Positions 14,771 through 30,904 of a stretch of 64,000 nt of DNA are shown piece after piece. The notes below the pieces were generated by a model. That model did no database searches. It saw only the letters and a program-made list of their open reading frames with translations, and had not been told where the DNA came from. Made by a program: the position numbers and the translations under genes. The stretch lies in NCBI RefSeq assembly GCF_009914755.1, contig NC_060932.1; one strand, written 5' to 3'. The DNA is from the human T2T-CHM13v2.0 reference genome, Homo sapiens. Within the stretch, counting starts at the first letter, position 1, and the number at the start of each line of letters is the position of its first letter.

Positions 14771-15189
14771 TTCAAGAGATTGGGGCCTTGAAATATACAA
14801 CTTTTTAAAACTAGAAAGTATTTTAAACATACAGAGAAATATAGAGGATAATAGAATAAATGTTTATGTACCCACAAACTCTTATTTAATCTGAACACTT
14901 CGTGGTATTGACTTTTCTTCTGAAGAAATGGTTGAAGCCTCCTGGGTCCTCTCTCTGGGCTCCTCCCTCCCTGCACAGAGGCAATGGCTGTCCGAACTTT
15001 GTCTTTCCCCTGCCTGCAGGACAGATGTTCTTCAAGCTCCCAGACCTGTCTAAAGGCCAGAGTGACAGCACAAAATTTTCAGTTTTCAAATACCACCCTT
15101 GCCTGCATTTTCCAAACATGTGTTTATACATGCAATAGGTAATATTGTTTTGCATGCTTTAAAATTTGAATATAAATCATAATGTATAT

Positions 15190-16510
<1,321 letters not shown>

Positions 16511-16980
16511 TGCTTTATATAAGCTTCTAAGGTTACTCTTAAATTAATACATTTTTAGCATTATCCAAGTAGAAACATGGAACATGAATACATCAATTTG
16601 AACCATTTTCAACCTCTGCATAGTACTTAATACTATGACTATTTAGAATTAATTTATTGATTCATTATTCTGTCAGTGGAAACTTGGGCTTGTGCCAGTA
16701 TTTGGCTGTGGCAAACAATGCCACCATGAGCATTCTTATCCATGTCTCTTGGGGCACATTTCCAAGTGTCTGTTGGGCAAATACAAGGCATACCTTAGAG
16801 ATAGTGTGGGTTTGGTTCGAGACCACTGCAATAAAGCCAATAGTACAATAAAGAGAGTCACATAAATTTTTGGATTACCTTGTGCATATAAAAGTCGTAT
16901 TTACACCATACTGTAGTTTATTAAGTGTGTAATAACATTAGGTCTAAAAAAAAATGTATAGACCTTAACTTCAAAATACT

Positions 16981-17304
<324 letters not shown>

Positions 17305-18883
17305 TAAAAAATGTTAACAATCATCTGAGCCTTCAACAAGTCTTAATCTTTTTGCTGGTGGAAGGTCTTGCCTTGAGGTTGATGGCTGCTGACTGATCAG
17401 AATGGTGGTTGCTGAAGGTTGAGGTGGCTGTGGCAATTTCTTAAAATAAGACAATAATGAAATTTGCCGCATCGACTGACTCTTCCTTTCATGAGAGATT
17501 TCTCTGAAACATGCAATACTGTTTGGTAGCATTTTACCAATAGTAGAACTTCTTTCAAAATTGGAGTCAATCCGCCAAACCCTGCCACTGCTTTCTCAAC
17601 TAGGTTTATGTAATATTGTAAATACTTTGTTGTCATTTTAATAATGCTCATAGCATCTTCATCAGGAGCAGATTCCATCTCAAGAAACCACTTTCTTTGG
17701 TCATCCATAAGAAGCAACTCCTCATCCATTAAAATTTTATCATGAGATTGCAGCAGTTCAATCACATCTTCAGGATTCACTTTAAATTTCAGTTCTCTTG
17801 CAATTTCTACCATCAGCAGTTATTTCCTCCTCTGAAGTCTTGAAACCCTCAAAGTCATCCATGAGGGTTGTAGTAAAATTCTTTCAAACTCCGGTTAATG
17901 TTGATAGTTTGACCTTCTCCCATGAATCATAAATGTTTTAATGGCATCTAGAATGCTGAATCCTTTCCAGAAGGTTTTCAATTTACTTTGCCCAGATACA
18001 TCAGAAGAATCACTACCTATGGCAGCTATAGATTTAGGAAATGTATTTCTTAAATAATAAGACTTGAAAGTTGAAATTACTCCTTGATCCATGGGCTACC
18101 GAATGGATATTGTGTTGGCAGGCAGGAAAATAACATTAATCTCCTTGTACATCTCCATCAGAGCTCTTGGGTGACCAGGTGCATTGTCAATGAACAGTAA
18201 TATTTTGAAGGAAGTATTTTCTTCCGAGAAGTAGGTCTCAGCAGTAGGCTTGCAATATTCAGTATGCCATGCTGTAAACAGCTGTGCTGTCATCCAGGCT
18301 TTGTTGTTCCACCTATGAAGCACAGGCAGAGAAGATTTAGCGGACCCTAGGATTTTGGAATGTAAAATGAGCATTGGCTTCAACTTGAAGTCACCAGCTG
18401 CCTTAACCCTTAATGAGAGCCAGCCTGTCCTTTGAAGTCAGGCATTGATGTCTCCTGTCTAGCTATGAAAATCCTAGATGGCATCTTCTTCCAATAAAAG
18501 GCTTTTTTGTCTACACTGAAAATCTGTTGTTTGGTGTAGCTACCTTCATCAATGATCTTTCCTAGATCTTCTGGATAACCTGCTGCAGCTTCTCCATCAG
18601 TATGTGCTGCTTCACTTTGCACTTTTATGTTACAGAGATGGCTTCTGTTCTTAAATTTCATGAAGCAAACTCTGCTAGCTTTCAACTTTTCCTCTGCAGC
18701 TTCCTCATCTCTCTTAGTATTCAAGGAATTAAAGAGAGCTAGGGCTTTGCTCTTGAGATGAGGGTTTGGATTCAGGGAATGTTGTAGCTGGTTTGATCTT
18801 CTATCCAGGCCACTAAAATTTTCTTCATATGAGCAATAAGTCTGTTTCACTTTCTTATCATTCATGTGTTCACTGGAGTAGCA

Positions 18884-18946
18884 TTTTTTTTTTTTTTTGA
18901 GATGGAGTCTCACTCTGTCGCTCAGGCTGGAGTGCAGTGGCGCGAT
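18884..18946 (-). mobile_element. Severely 5'-truncated Alu (last ~48 nt plus tail)
   Basis: poly(T)+gagatggagtctcactctgtcgctcaggctggagtgcagtggcgcgat, flanked by agtagca repeats. Confidence 0.85.
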
Positions 18947-18954
18947 TGTAGTAG

Positions 18955-19252
<298 letters not shown>

Positions 19253-21003
19253 TGGAGTAACACTTTTAATTTCCTTCAATAACATTTCCTTTGCATTCAC
19301 AACTTGGCTAACTGCGCAATGCAAGAAGACCGGCTTTTGGCATTTCTTGGCTTTTGACATGCCTTCCTCACTAAGATTCTTAATTTCTAGCTTTTGATTG
19401 CAGTGAGAGACATGCAACTCTTCCTTTCGCTTGAACATGTAGAAGTCATTGTAGGGTTATTAATAGGCCTAATTTCAATATCATTGTGTCTCAGGGAATG
19501 AGGACGCCCAAGGAAAGGGAAAGAGATAGGGGAATAGATGGTCTGTGGAGCAGTCAGAACACACACACATTTATTAATTAAGTTTGCTGTCTTATGTGGG
19601 TGTGGCTTGTGGTGCCTCAAAACAATGACAACAGTAAGGTCAAAGATTCCTGATCACAGATCACCATAACAGTGATAACACCATAAAAACAAAGAAAAAG
19701 TTTGAAATCTTGTGTGAATTACCAAAATGTGACACAGAGACACAGAGTGAGCATATGCTGTTGGACAAATGGTGCCAAAACCCTTGCTTGATGCAGGGTT
19801 GCCACAAACATTCAATATGTTACAAATGCAGCATCTGTGAAGCACAATAAAGCAAAGCATAGTAAAATGAGGTGTGCCTGTATCTAGAATACCTGGACTT
19901 AGAGAATGTAGGTCTTCAGGCTTATTTGATATGGTTACAGTTTTTCTTTTTTCTTTTTTTCCTTTTTGTACCAGCAGTGTATTGGAGATCTCAGTGTGGG
20001 ACGTCTTTGCTAATACTTGGTATTGTTTGACATTTAAATTGTAGCTATTCAGATGGGCATGAATTGGTTCTGATTGCTGTTTTTAAGATGTGGCCTGACT
20101 GTCAAGCCTTCAGAGAACAGGTAAGCTGCTGGGCCTGTTTTGTTATTTGTAAAGCAGAGTCATGAAATTGTGGCCATAATATGCTCTTGTGTATTCAGAG
20201 TTCTGGAGACCCACATAGAAAGAGAACAATATGAAGAACTTTATGAGATACTTGTATGGTTCCTCTGTACAGTAGTAGTTGGCTGTATTACATCATTGAT
20301 GATTTTTATTATACTAAGTATGGAAAATATTTTAAAATCTGTAATGTAAACTTTTCGCAACTGAATAGTATAAAGTTCTAGAAATTTATTAGTGTAAGCC
20401 ATTTGCAAATTCTTTAGCCCCTGGAAGTCCTGTAAAAGCAGGATCATTCCCATTTCCATTCTTTGTCTCCACCCTTCATTTAGTCTTGCTGTTAATAATG
20501 CCAATTCCTTCAGCATTTTCTCATATAGTTCCACTCAACTCTTTAATCTTGTAAAAGTTATTGTTTTTTTTTTGATACTGCATACATAATGCATGCAAAC
20601 TTTGCATAACTTTCAAAATTAACTCCTCTTCCAAGATGAAGATTAAATAACTGAGACCACTATGGTGTTTCTTGTTTGACATTTTTAGCAGAGTGGAATG
20701 TTACCAGATAGCCCGTTTCTAGATTTCTCATCAAAGTTATACTTAAATCAATATGTTAGTATTTAGGTAAGAAAGAAACTTTTCATGGTAAATGAAGGTT
20801 TTTCTCTCAGACTAGAGTCTCATTTGGAAGAAGACTAAGGAGAAGCTTCAATTTGAATTGTGAATAGACCATGTTGTGCATTGTGAAATATGACTAGAAC
20901 ATGTTTTTCAGTGGAGTTTCTCACATGGGTGTTGATCTGTTGCTTTTAATATTTGTAGGTAGATCCTGCAGAGTAAAACAAGCAAACAATAATCTACTAA
21001 TAA

Positions 21004-21316
<313 letters not shown>

Positions 21317-21766
21317 TGAGGAGATTTCTACACGGAGAGCTTTATAAATGTTGTGTCACTTAATTTACACAATGTGTTTTTTTCTAAAGGTATTTTAACA
21401 AAATGGTTCTCTTACGGAACGTTTATGTGCCACTGTGTTCAGTTTGCACATACATTCATTATATCATTTTCTGCTGACCAGGGTGTCACTAGACACTACC
21501 TCACTCATCCTGGCTTTAGCTATTTTCCAGAATCTTCCACAGATGGTGATATTAATTTAGGCTCTGAAAATAAACTAAATATTATAGTCTTTGGATATTT
21601 CCCTCCAGTAAGTTTTCAAAAGCCAAGAAAGTTCAAGAGTTTGATTAAAAATAGTTGGCCTTCTTGGCTATCAATTGAAGCATTCTCCTTCAGAGGGAAA
21701 GGTAAAGTCAGGAAATCCTGAGATGTTCTGTCTAAATCCTACTTTACTGAAGTGATAAAAGATTAA

Positions 21767-22144
<378 letters not shown>

Positions 22145-22479
22145 TGAAGCTTGGGACTATCTCTGCAGCTGGTGGGACCTTGCCTATGGAAGTGCCTCAA
22201 ACGAAGGGATGTCGGGTGCAGAGAGGAGAGGTTCTGACCCTGTTCCCAAGCCCGTGATCATCCAGTGGTAGCACAGGCTTTGTATCAACATGACTGTGGA
22301 TGTGGTGTTGGCCAGACGTGGAAACAACACCCTGCATGGGAGCAGATTTGAGTTGATGAAGAATGAAAATGTCCCACTTCACAGGCACTGCAGGTGTCTG
22401 ACTTCTCTGCTGGTGGCATCTGCCTCTTATGTGGTTATGAAATTAAGGAGAAACCTGGATTAGGTCTGCTCAGCAGTTT

Positions 22480-22660
22480 AGCTTTGCCACATATTAGCTG
22501 CATGTCATTTAACTTCTCTGTGCGTCAGTACCCTCATCTGTAAATTGGGGATACTAATAGAACGGTCCCATAGAGCTACTGGGAGGATTAAATGAGATTA
22601 AACATATAAAGTGCAGGAATAGTGCCTGGAAAAGGGAAGATGCTCAGTAAATGTTAGATA
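22480..22660 (+). mobile_element. MIR
   Basis: tcatttaacttctctgtgcgtcagtaccctcatctgtaaattgggga...gaggattaaatgaga. Confidence 0.8.
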
Positions 22661-22858
22661 GGATGATTACTGTACTATTAGTAATATGTCCAATAAAGTC
22701 AGGGGAAAATAAGTTAATCCTTAATGAAGCCAAAGAGTTGTCTGAATAAACCTTTAGCAGTTTTAGAGATCAATCATGTGCATTCAGTCATGTGCATTCA
22801 ATTAGAATCAATGTAGGTCTTCTCAATGCATATACAAATTGAACTTAAAGGAGAAGTT

Positions 22859-23149
22859 GGCCAGGCACAGTGACTCACACCTGTAATCCCAGCACTTTGG
22901 GAGGCCGAGGCGGGAGGATCACTTGAGGCCAGGAGTTCAAGACCAGCCTGGCCAACATGGCAAAACCCCATATCTACTAAAAATGCAAAAAAAAAAAAAA
23001 AATTAGCCAGATGTGGTGGCGCATGCCTGTAGACCCAGCTACTCAGAAGGCTGAGGCAGGAGAATCGCTTGAATCCGGGAGGGGGAGGTTGCAGTCAGCA
23101 GAGATTGTGCCACTGCACTCCAGCCTGGGCCACAGAGCCAGACTCTGTC
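22859..23149 (+). mobile_element. Alu (AluSz-like) lacking its poly(A) tail
   Basis: Dimer ends at gactctgtcc with no A tail. Confidence 0.92.
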
Positions 23150-23519
23150 CAGGTCTAACCCTGGGGTTTTCTCATGAAGAGCAGAGTGTAGGAAGCCTGG
23201 TGAGACCTGAGTCTTATCCCTAGAGAGAACACCTGTCAGCCGAGACCATTTGGGAAGCAGGAAAAATAAAGAGAAGCACAAACAGCCACAGACTAATTTC
23301 AGGAAATAGTAGTAAGGGAGAGTCGCTGAGCTTGTCAAACCTTGGTTTGAGTTTGGAGGTGAGATGAAAAAGCAGGAACGACCCCTCAGTCCTTCATAAG
23401 AGAGACACCATACTCCAAAAGTTTCCAGAGTGTGATGTTTAAAACTGGGATTTGGTTAGTTTTTTTTTTTTTTAACTTTTAATGTAGAAAATTGTACAAG
23501 TCACAAATACGCAGGTTAA

Positions 23520-23846
23520 TTTTTTTAATTGTGATAAATTATACATAACACAAAATTTATTATTTTAATCATTTTGGGGGCACAGTTCAGTGGTATCAAG
23601 TACATTCACATTGCTGTGCAAACACCACCATTCATCTCAAAACGTTTTCATCTTCCCAGGCTGAAGCTTCATTCTCATTAAACACAGATCCCCCACTCCC
23701 CTGTCCCCTGGCCCAGGCCCTGGCAATCCCCATTGTACCTTCTGTCTCTACGGATTCGACTACTCTGGGTACCTCATGTAATAGAATCATACAGATTTGG
23801 TCCTGCTGTGATGAACTCATTTCACTTAGTGTAATGCCCTCAAGGT
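23520..23846 (-). mobile_element. L1MB 3' end nested in an older L1ME relic
   Basis: cagttcagtggtatcaagtacattcacattgctgtgcaa; cttctgtctctacggattcgactactctgggtacctcat. Confidence 0.75.
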
Positions 23847-26800
23847 ACAGCTTGGTGAATTTTATAAACTTGAACCACCTATGTAACCAGTGCTCTGACA
23901 GAGAAACACGGCATTGCTAGCCACACAGACCTCCCTGTGCCCACCTCTGGTGAGTCCCCTCTACCCTTGCAGGACCCCGAGGGCAACCTTGTCCTTTGTC
24001 TATGCAGAGAAGGAGGCAGAAGGGGGAAGACTAAGGTTTCTGCCTCTTACCTCCCCAGTAGGGAAGCTGCACATTTTATCTGTTTCACACATTAGGCTTT
24101 AGTGTCTCTGCCAAAGAAAATTTGGAAACTTTGACTTGGGCAATGTTTATATTTCACTCCCAGATTGTACAGATAAATGCCTTGTTTTATTTAGTCTGCC
24201 TTTGTTCAACTAACTCCCATTTTTGCAACTCTGTTTAGGCAGCCTCTTCTGGGGGAAGCCTTCAACCCTGTGCATCCCACAATCTGGAGACACTGTTGGC
24301 TGACTGTGACTTACCACCAGACAAATGCCCACCAGAGGACAGTCTCCTTGGCATCTGTGTAACCTCAAAGCCCAGCACGGTGTCCAACACTCAGTGGTTT
24401 CTACAATGCATGTTTAACTGAGCAGAGCTGAACTAGTGCTCCCAGGGAACTGACTGATGGAAGTCTGTCTTAAAAGCTGAGCTCTATAATTTTGCAGCTG
24501 TTTGCCCTTGGAGACGTCATTTAACTTCTCTGTCTGGGACTCTGGCAATATAAGGAAAGTGCCATAATATTAATCTGAACAAGTGCCCAGGCAACTCTTA
24601 AGTTTAACAGCAGTATCATATCGCCATTTAGTGTGCACACTTCATTCTCTTATATACCTGAGAGAGATTATTTTAAAATCTCTCATGTTAATCAAACCAC
24701 ATTTCCTGATCTAGATAAAAAAGGTTTCAGAGTTTAATTACACAAAAAGTAGGTAATGTTGCATGAAGATTTACAAAGAAGCCAAGATTTTTTTTTTCTT
24801 TTTAAAGTATGACTAGGTAATAATAGATATAAGCATATTTTTCTCATTCCTAATACATGTTTTATTTGGATGGTGTGCTGTGATATTTGAGGATTTGGGA
24901 CACACTCTTTTAGTGTAGGTTGCAAGAAAACTGTGAAACACAGACGCCAACAGTAGGTGAAGTCAGAAGATCTTCTGTGTTAATTTCTGAAATGTCTAGC
25001 AGTGGGCCATTCTTTGACGGTAGCCTGATATCTGATAAAGATAACATTCTGCCACTGGCCATGTGAGGAGCAATTCCCAGCCAGGGGAAGGACTCCAAGT
25101 CCCCAAATCTTTCTTAAAATTTTAGATTGAGAATTGACAGAAAACATATAAACTCAGATAAATAGGCAAAGGTATTGAACAGACTATTCATAACTGTACT
25201 TATGACCACAATAAAAATAGAAGCAATATAAATTTGGGTAAAATAATTAGATATGTATTTGGGGCCTATGAAATCACAAACTACATCTAAAATTTAATTA
25301 GAATGATAGGTGATTTTTGTTTTCTTATTTGCATTTGTCACATTTTAAAAAATACTGCATAGGTATTACTTTTATAACCACCCAATAGTATTTGAGAATA
25401 TGCTCTAAAACAAATGAGCCCAGTTCATTTTATTCATGTTCAGGAAGCTAAAGTCAGCCAGTGGAAACAGTGCAGTGAGGTGGCTGTGACTGGTTTTATT
25501 TGTACTTGCCACTTACTCTGCAGATACCATGGATTGGCAGGCATAGCTCTTATTTTATCAGATAGAAGAGAAATGGGAAATGACACAGAATTCCCACACA
25601 TGGGAAGGGGGCATTTTTTAATTGAGCAGATACTATATCCTGTATGTTATGCTCAGTACTTTACACCTATATCTCATGCCATCCTTAAATGACACAGAGT
25701 GGGGCCTTCCAACTGGAAAGAATGCTGCAGTACGATGGCTGATAAGCAGAAAACAACATACAACAAAGCTTGGCATTAAAATTACTTTCAGAAGATATGG
25801 TAAAACTGCTTTTTTTGGGTCTTGGATTGTTAGTAGAGCCTCAAAGTTTAATAACCAAGACCCAGGTGCCTAATTTGCCCCACTGGGTCCTGTCACTGAC
25901 TCACTGGATGACCTTAGTGAAATCGTTTTCCATCTGTGAGTGTGTTTCCTTGCTGTGAAGATGAAACTAAAAATAAATACTGCCTTCATCATGGGTTATG
26001 GTAAGGACTAGCTGAGTAATGTTTACTAAGAAATTGCAACTTTTTCAAGCAAAAGGGGGAGAACAAAATGCCTGTTTCATCATATAGGAAACCTGTTTGG
26101 GAGTTTTGTGACCCTAAAGTGATATAAATAAAATAGAGGACTTTTTTTCAACCTCCTTTGTTAGAGTATGAGACAAAACTGGCTGAATTCCGGTGTTCTT
26201 TGGTGCTGGCTAAGAACAGCTTGGTTGCCCATGAGCAGCGTGGTCAGAGGCTGGTTCCTGGTGGCAGGGTGCATTCTGGAGAAAGCAGTCTCCTCCAGCC
26301 TGAGCTGTGCTCCCCCACGGGACTGAGTCACTCAGGCCACCCAGTCTCTCTCTCCCAAAGCTTCCAAAGCTCACTCTCTTCCAGGTGCTAAGTCCACCAT
26401 CAATTTTTCTTTGACTAGTCTAGTTTTGTAAGTGGCAGGTTTTCTGATTTTAAACAGAAAAATTCTGCCTCCCTTGCATTATTTTTTAAATATAATTTTA
26501 TTCTTCTCTTTGATGTGAGTGTCCAGTTCTCATAGCTAAGAAGGTCCAGGAGTGCAACTCAGAAGTGTAGAAAGAAAATGGGCTTCAAAGGTAAGGTTTT
26601 CCCTACTTGGTTTCCAACTGTCTTATGATGGCCTTGGACACTAACCTCTTTGAGCTTCAGTCTCCAATGGGAAATATTAACCTTATAGGGTTGTTGTAAG
26701 GATCGGAGACCTTTTATTTATTTATGTTTCATGTCATACAAAACACACATTATGGGCACGGGCACCAAGTTCCTTACCTCATAATATGGTGGCAAAAAAA

Positions 26801-26999
26801 GATAAGCCCTGCCCTGATAGAACCCGTGTTGCAGGGGGAAGCTAAGTCCTAAGTATGAATCTACAATTCAGGTTCTAACAGGTGAACAGTCTATAGCACA
26901 GTGGGCCTCTCTGCGTTGGGTGCTGATGAGCTCTTCATTTACCCTCCAAACATAGAACAAAAGAACACATTGAGGGCTTACGTGGTCTCATGTTGCTCC

Positions 27000-27690
27000 C
27001 ATTTTTCACTACTTGTTCAAACAACAGTGACAGAACACCTGGTTCCCATGGGCAGGGAGTTCTGCTGGGCACTAGGAACACTGAGATCAAAGGGACCCTG
27101 CGTTGTCCTGAAGGGGCTGACAGTCAGAGTAGGGGAGGCAGACACCTAAACGGGTGTTACACTTCAGAGCACTGAGCACCACAGGGCTCTTAGAGAATGC
27201 TCCAAGCTGGGACTAGGAACTGAGTCCTGAGGATCAAGGGACATTTGTGATGCAGGGTGGCAGTGATATGGTGGGGAAGAAGGTGGAGTTGGTGCTTCAG
27301 ACAGAGAGGACAGAGGAAAAGGCTGTGGGGGGACACAGCATTTTTGGTTTCTGGCATGTCACAGAACAGTTCAATTCAGTGTGAGGAGCTTGGAGGGAGC
27401 AGGGGACAGGCAGTTAAGAGGTGAGAATAAAAACTGGAAGTGTGAAGGGGTTGGCCTGTGCGTGGTGCTGACCTTGGAAAAGGGAAGACAGGTGGAAGAC
27501 TGGGAGTGAGAGGGGCTGGGGGCCTGGAGGAGGTGCCAGGACCAGAAACAGTCAGGGGTCAGTGTCCCAGGAAGGGTGGACAAGACTTAGTGAGTGGCTG
27601 GTGTGGGCATTGCGGGGAGAAGGAGACGCTGAGGACAGGACCAATGTCCCCTGCAGGGAGGATGTGGTGACATTAACTAGGGGAGGCTGA
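27000..27690 (-). mobile_element. L2 relic
   Basis: ttgttcaaacaac...ctgggcactaggaacac...ggggctgacagtcagag purine-rich L2 antisense pattern. Confidence 0.55.
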
Positions 27691-27699
27691 CAGCGCCAC

Positions 27700-27910
27700 C
27701 TTTGATGCCAAATCCCACCTCCAGCTCTTCCCTGTGGCTCTGGGAAAATTGCTTAATTATCTGTGTCTCAGACTCTTCACCTATAAATGAGGATGACAAT
27801 AACAGAACCTCATAGATTGGGGCTTTATTGTGTAGATTAAGTAAAATGACCACATGTAGATATCAGAACAGTGTCTGGCACATCTGAAGTCCTCAGTAAG
27901 GACTGGTTGT
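27700..27910 (+). mobile_element. MIR
   Basis: ttgcttaattatctgtgtctcagactcttcacctataaatgaggatgacaataac...agaacagtgtctggcaca. Confidence 0.7.
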
Positions 27911-28336
27911 TATTCTCGGGGAACACGGGGAGACAGAGAATCTTGGAGGAGAAAGATTAGGGTGGTCCAGTTCTGATTACATGACAAAAAGCTGCCTCAA
28001 GACTCTGAGGCCATTATGGCCATCTTTGTCAAAAGAAGGTGAACTGCCCCGTGGAGTGTTAGCTCGGAAGTCTCCAGCTGTGGAAACCCAGAGCAACTCT
28101 TGTGAGATTTCCTATCAACCAGAGGCAGGTGGAGCTGTGGACCCTACATTTATTTCAGGGCTGGGGCAAGAAAAATGTGAATGAAAGTGTTAAACCTAGT
28201 CCCTTGGGTTGTTTAGTCTGCAATGCTGGAGACCACACTGGCTCCTGGTGAGACTGTGAAATGGGTGTAGTTTGTTTTGGCCTGCCTCCCAACTTCTCTA
28301 ATGTTTCTCTAAAGATCTATTCCTCCTAAATCTTCT

Positions 28337-28550
28337 TTTTAAAGACTTAATTTTTCTAGGGCAGTTTTAGGCTCACAGCAAAATTGAGCAGAAGGCACAG
28401 AGATTTCCCATGTTCCCCTGCCCATCACCCCTGCAGAGCCTTCCCCATCGTCAACACCCTGCACCTGAGTGGTCCATCAGCCACAGCCGAGGAAGCCACT
28501 CACCCGTTGTTATCACCCAGGCTCCATGCTGTACAGTACGGTTCACTATC
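28337..28550 (-). mobile_element. L1MC-type 3' end
   Basis: gcagttttaggctcacagcaaaattgagcagaaggcacagagatttccca. Confidence 0.75.
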
Positions 28551-28779
28551 TCTTCATGGCAACAATAAATAACACAGTTTTAGTTGATGATTTTTAAAGG
28601 CTATGCACCCTACTGGGAGCATAGGGTAACTACCCTTGCCTGACAACCAAGGCATTTCAAAACCAGCCTGCTCCATCTCCTGTCTCTCACCAAACAATAA
28701 AGCTCCCAATGCTGGAATGACTGAGGGTCTCACCAAGGCCTGCCTGGACACTCACCACTGTTTGTGAAACTTTGGAACT

Positions 28780-30063
28780 GCATTCTTTCTCTTCATCCTC
28801 ACATTTGCTTTTATTCTTGACACATCCGACTCTGTGACCTCTTAGCTCCTTGACCCAGTGACCTTGCTTTCCAGTGGGCCATGGCTTCCCTTTCTCACGG
28901 TGCAGAATGTGAGTCTGAACCATGTTATCTCTTGCAGCTGCTCCACCTCCAGCATCACAGATTCAAACATCCTCCTCGCTGCCCGCAAACCCTGCCCTGC
29001 AGCTTCCTGCTCGAGTATTCCCTGTACAGCCTCCTTTACTTCTGGGTGACCTTCCCTGACCCCCACTTTTTCCCTATTCACGGCCTGCCACTGTTAACTT
29101 GTCTGACATCCATGCTGGATTCTGTCCCATCATGTCAACTGTGCCCTCTTTCTGTTGCACGTGCTGGCAAACTTGAAATCTGATGAACCCACTACCTTCA
29201 CTACACTCACTGTCTGGTCTCTCTCAGGTAGCTGAGGACTGAGAAACACCCCAGCCAGGCAGGTTGGGGTCACTATAAATTCACAGTCACCAACCACACA
29301 TGGTGCTCTGTTTGGCTGGCCATCTCATTATACCTGTCTGACTTGCTTACTGTCCTGCCCTCCGAAAAAGCTTTTCAAACACTATCTCCTTCTGCCTCAA
29401 ATGTATCACCTCCCCCTCAATGACTTTGCTTCATATGTGACACAAAGAAATGTTAATACCAGCCAAGACCTTCCTCAACTTCCGGCCAGCAAATCTGGAA
29501 CACAAGCTGCATCTGTCCTGGTTTGCCTCTTCTCTCTTCTCGTTACAGTAGAGTAGCCATTCCTCTTCTAAAAAACACTGATCTCCCATCCTGCTCTGGA
29601 CATTAAAGTACTGAGAAGTGGTTTTGTGTTCCCAGCAATATGGGAGTCATTGGTGACCTTAATAAAAGCCACATTGAAGTGAAATGAGAAGGAATTAGAA
29701 GGTGAAGACAGAAACAAGACAGTTACAGACAACTCATTTAAGCAATTTCATTATGAAGGGAGGCCATTGCTACTATCTCCGAAACCTTAAGCTATCAGTT
29801 ATTCCTTTTGCTCTTTCTTCCTCTCTGCCCATTCCCTTCAGCCCTTAAACAGACAAAGGTCTGAGCCCTCTAAACAGTAGCAGAAACTGCATACACAGGA
29901 AACAGAAACCCTGCTCCAGCCTTACATCCCTCACCTATTGGCCTATTCATTGCTGCCCTTCATAGTCAGATTTCTCAGTGGAGTTGTCTTGTAACTTTTT
30001 TTTTCATCTTCTAGTCCTTTCACATCTCATTTCAATATTATTTTCTTAAGGTCACCAATGACT
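28780..30063 (+). mobile_element. L2 internal relic containing an inverted duplication
   Basis: Pyrimidine-rich L2-like body; taaggtcaccaatgact L2 motif present in both orientations (29645 and 30047). Confidence 0.55.
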
Positions 30064-30221
30064 TTGAGATGACCAGAACTGCCCCCACTCCCCCGCCGCC
30101 AAAAAAAAAACAAAAAACAAAAAACAAAACACTTTTCAGCCTCCTAAGGTGCTTTTCACAGGTGGTCCTTGATGGAAGAGTCTTGCAGGTTTGGGGAAGT
30201 GACTTCCCGAAGAAGGTTACA

Positions 30222-30700
30222 TCATCAGTTCAACAAATCAATGGCACGTGCGCAGACTGCATACTCTGGAGGCACTGGGCCCTGTCCAGAGAATGCACAG
30301 CAGCGTGAGATCCAGCTCTGTTCTCTAGGCCCTGTGGACTGGCCTGTGGGGGGCAATGATGGTACGTGGTGGGTGCCACACGCAGCAGCAGCCACCAAGG
30401 AAGATGGGCCCCAGAGCACAAAGGAAGGAGTGGGGAGCCGCCTTCGCTGGAGTGGTTGGAAAAGGCTTTGCAGGAGAGGTGGTGCCCAGGCTGGAGTTTG
30501 AGAAGTGAAATGCAGGGGCTGAGAGGCTGGGGAAGTGCACTCCAGGCAGTGAAATCAACAGGTGCGACATGCAGGGAGACTCGTGTCACGTGGGACCGTG
30601 AAAGCCCAGGGTGGAAGTGAGGTGAGTGTGGGGCGCGGGGTACGGTGTGGAGATGGCATATGGAGCTGGATTCATGGTGAAATCTGACCAGGAATGCCTG
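30222..30700 (-). mobile_element. L2 3' relic, CpG-rich
   Basis: cagttcaacaaat...ggcactgggccc...gaaaaggctttgcaggagaggtggtg L2 antisense layout. Confidence 0.5.
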
Positions 30701-30904
30701 GGTGCTCAAATCCTGGCCTCTGGTCTGTCTCTCCAATCCCAATGACATCAGAATCACTATATTTAGCCTAAGTATGGTCCTAGGTGCTAGCAGGTACAGA
30801 ATAAATGAAAAATGGTTGAATGACTATTTTAGTTCATGAAATTCTACCACATTATTTGTGCTATTTAAGTTAAAAGTACTAGGAGTAGAGTTAGGCACAG
30901 AGTA

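Noticed and set aside
22774-22800. 14-bp-period duplication tcatgtgcattca (and similar ones at 6699 and 40133) as a CRISPR-like or functional array
   Set aside because: Two-copy slippage duplications without spacers, ordinary in mammalian DNA.
27691-27709. Second CTCF-like motif cagcgccacctttgatg
   Set aside because: Only the GGTGGCGC half matches and the CCASY half is absent.
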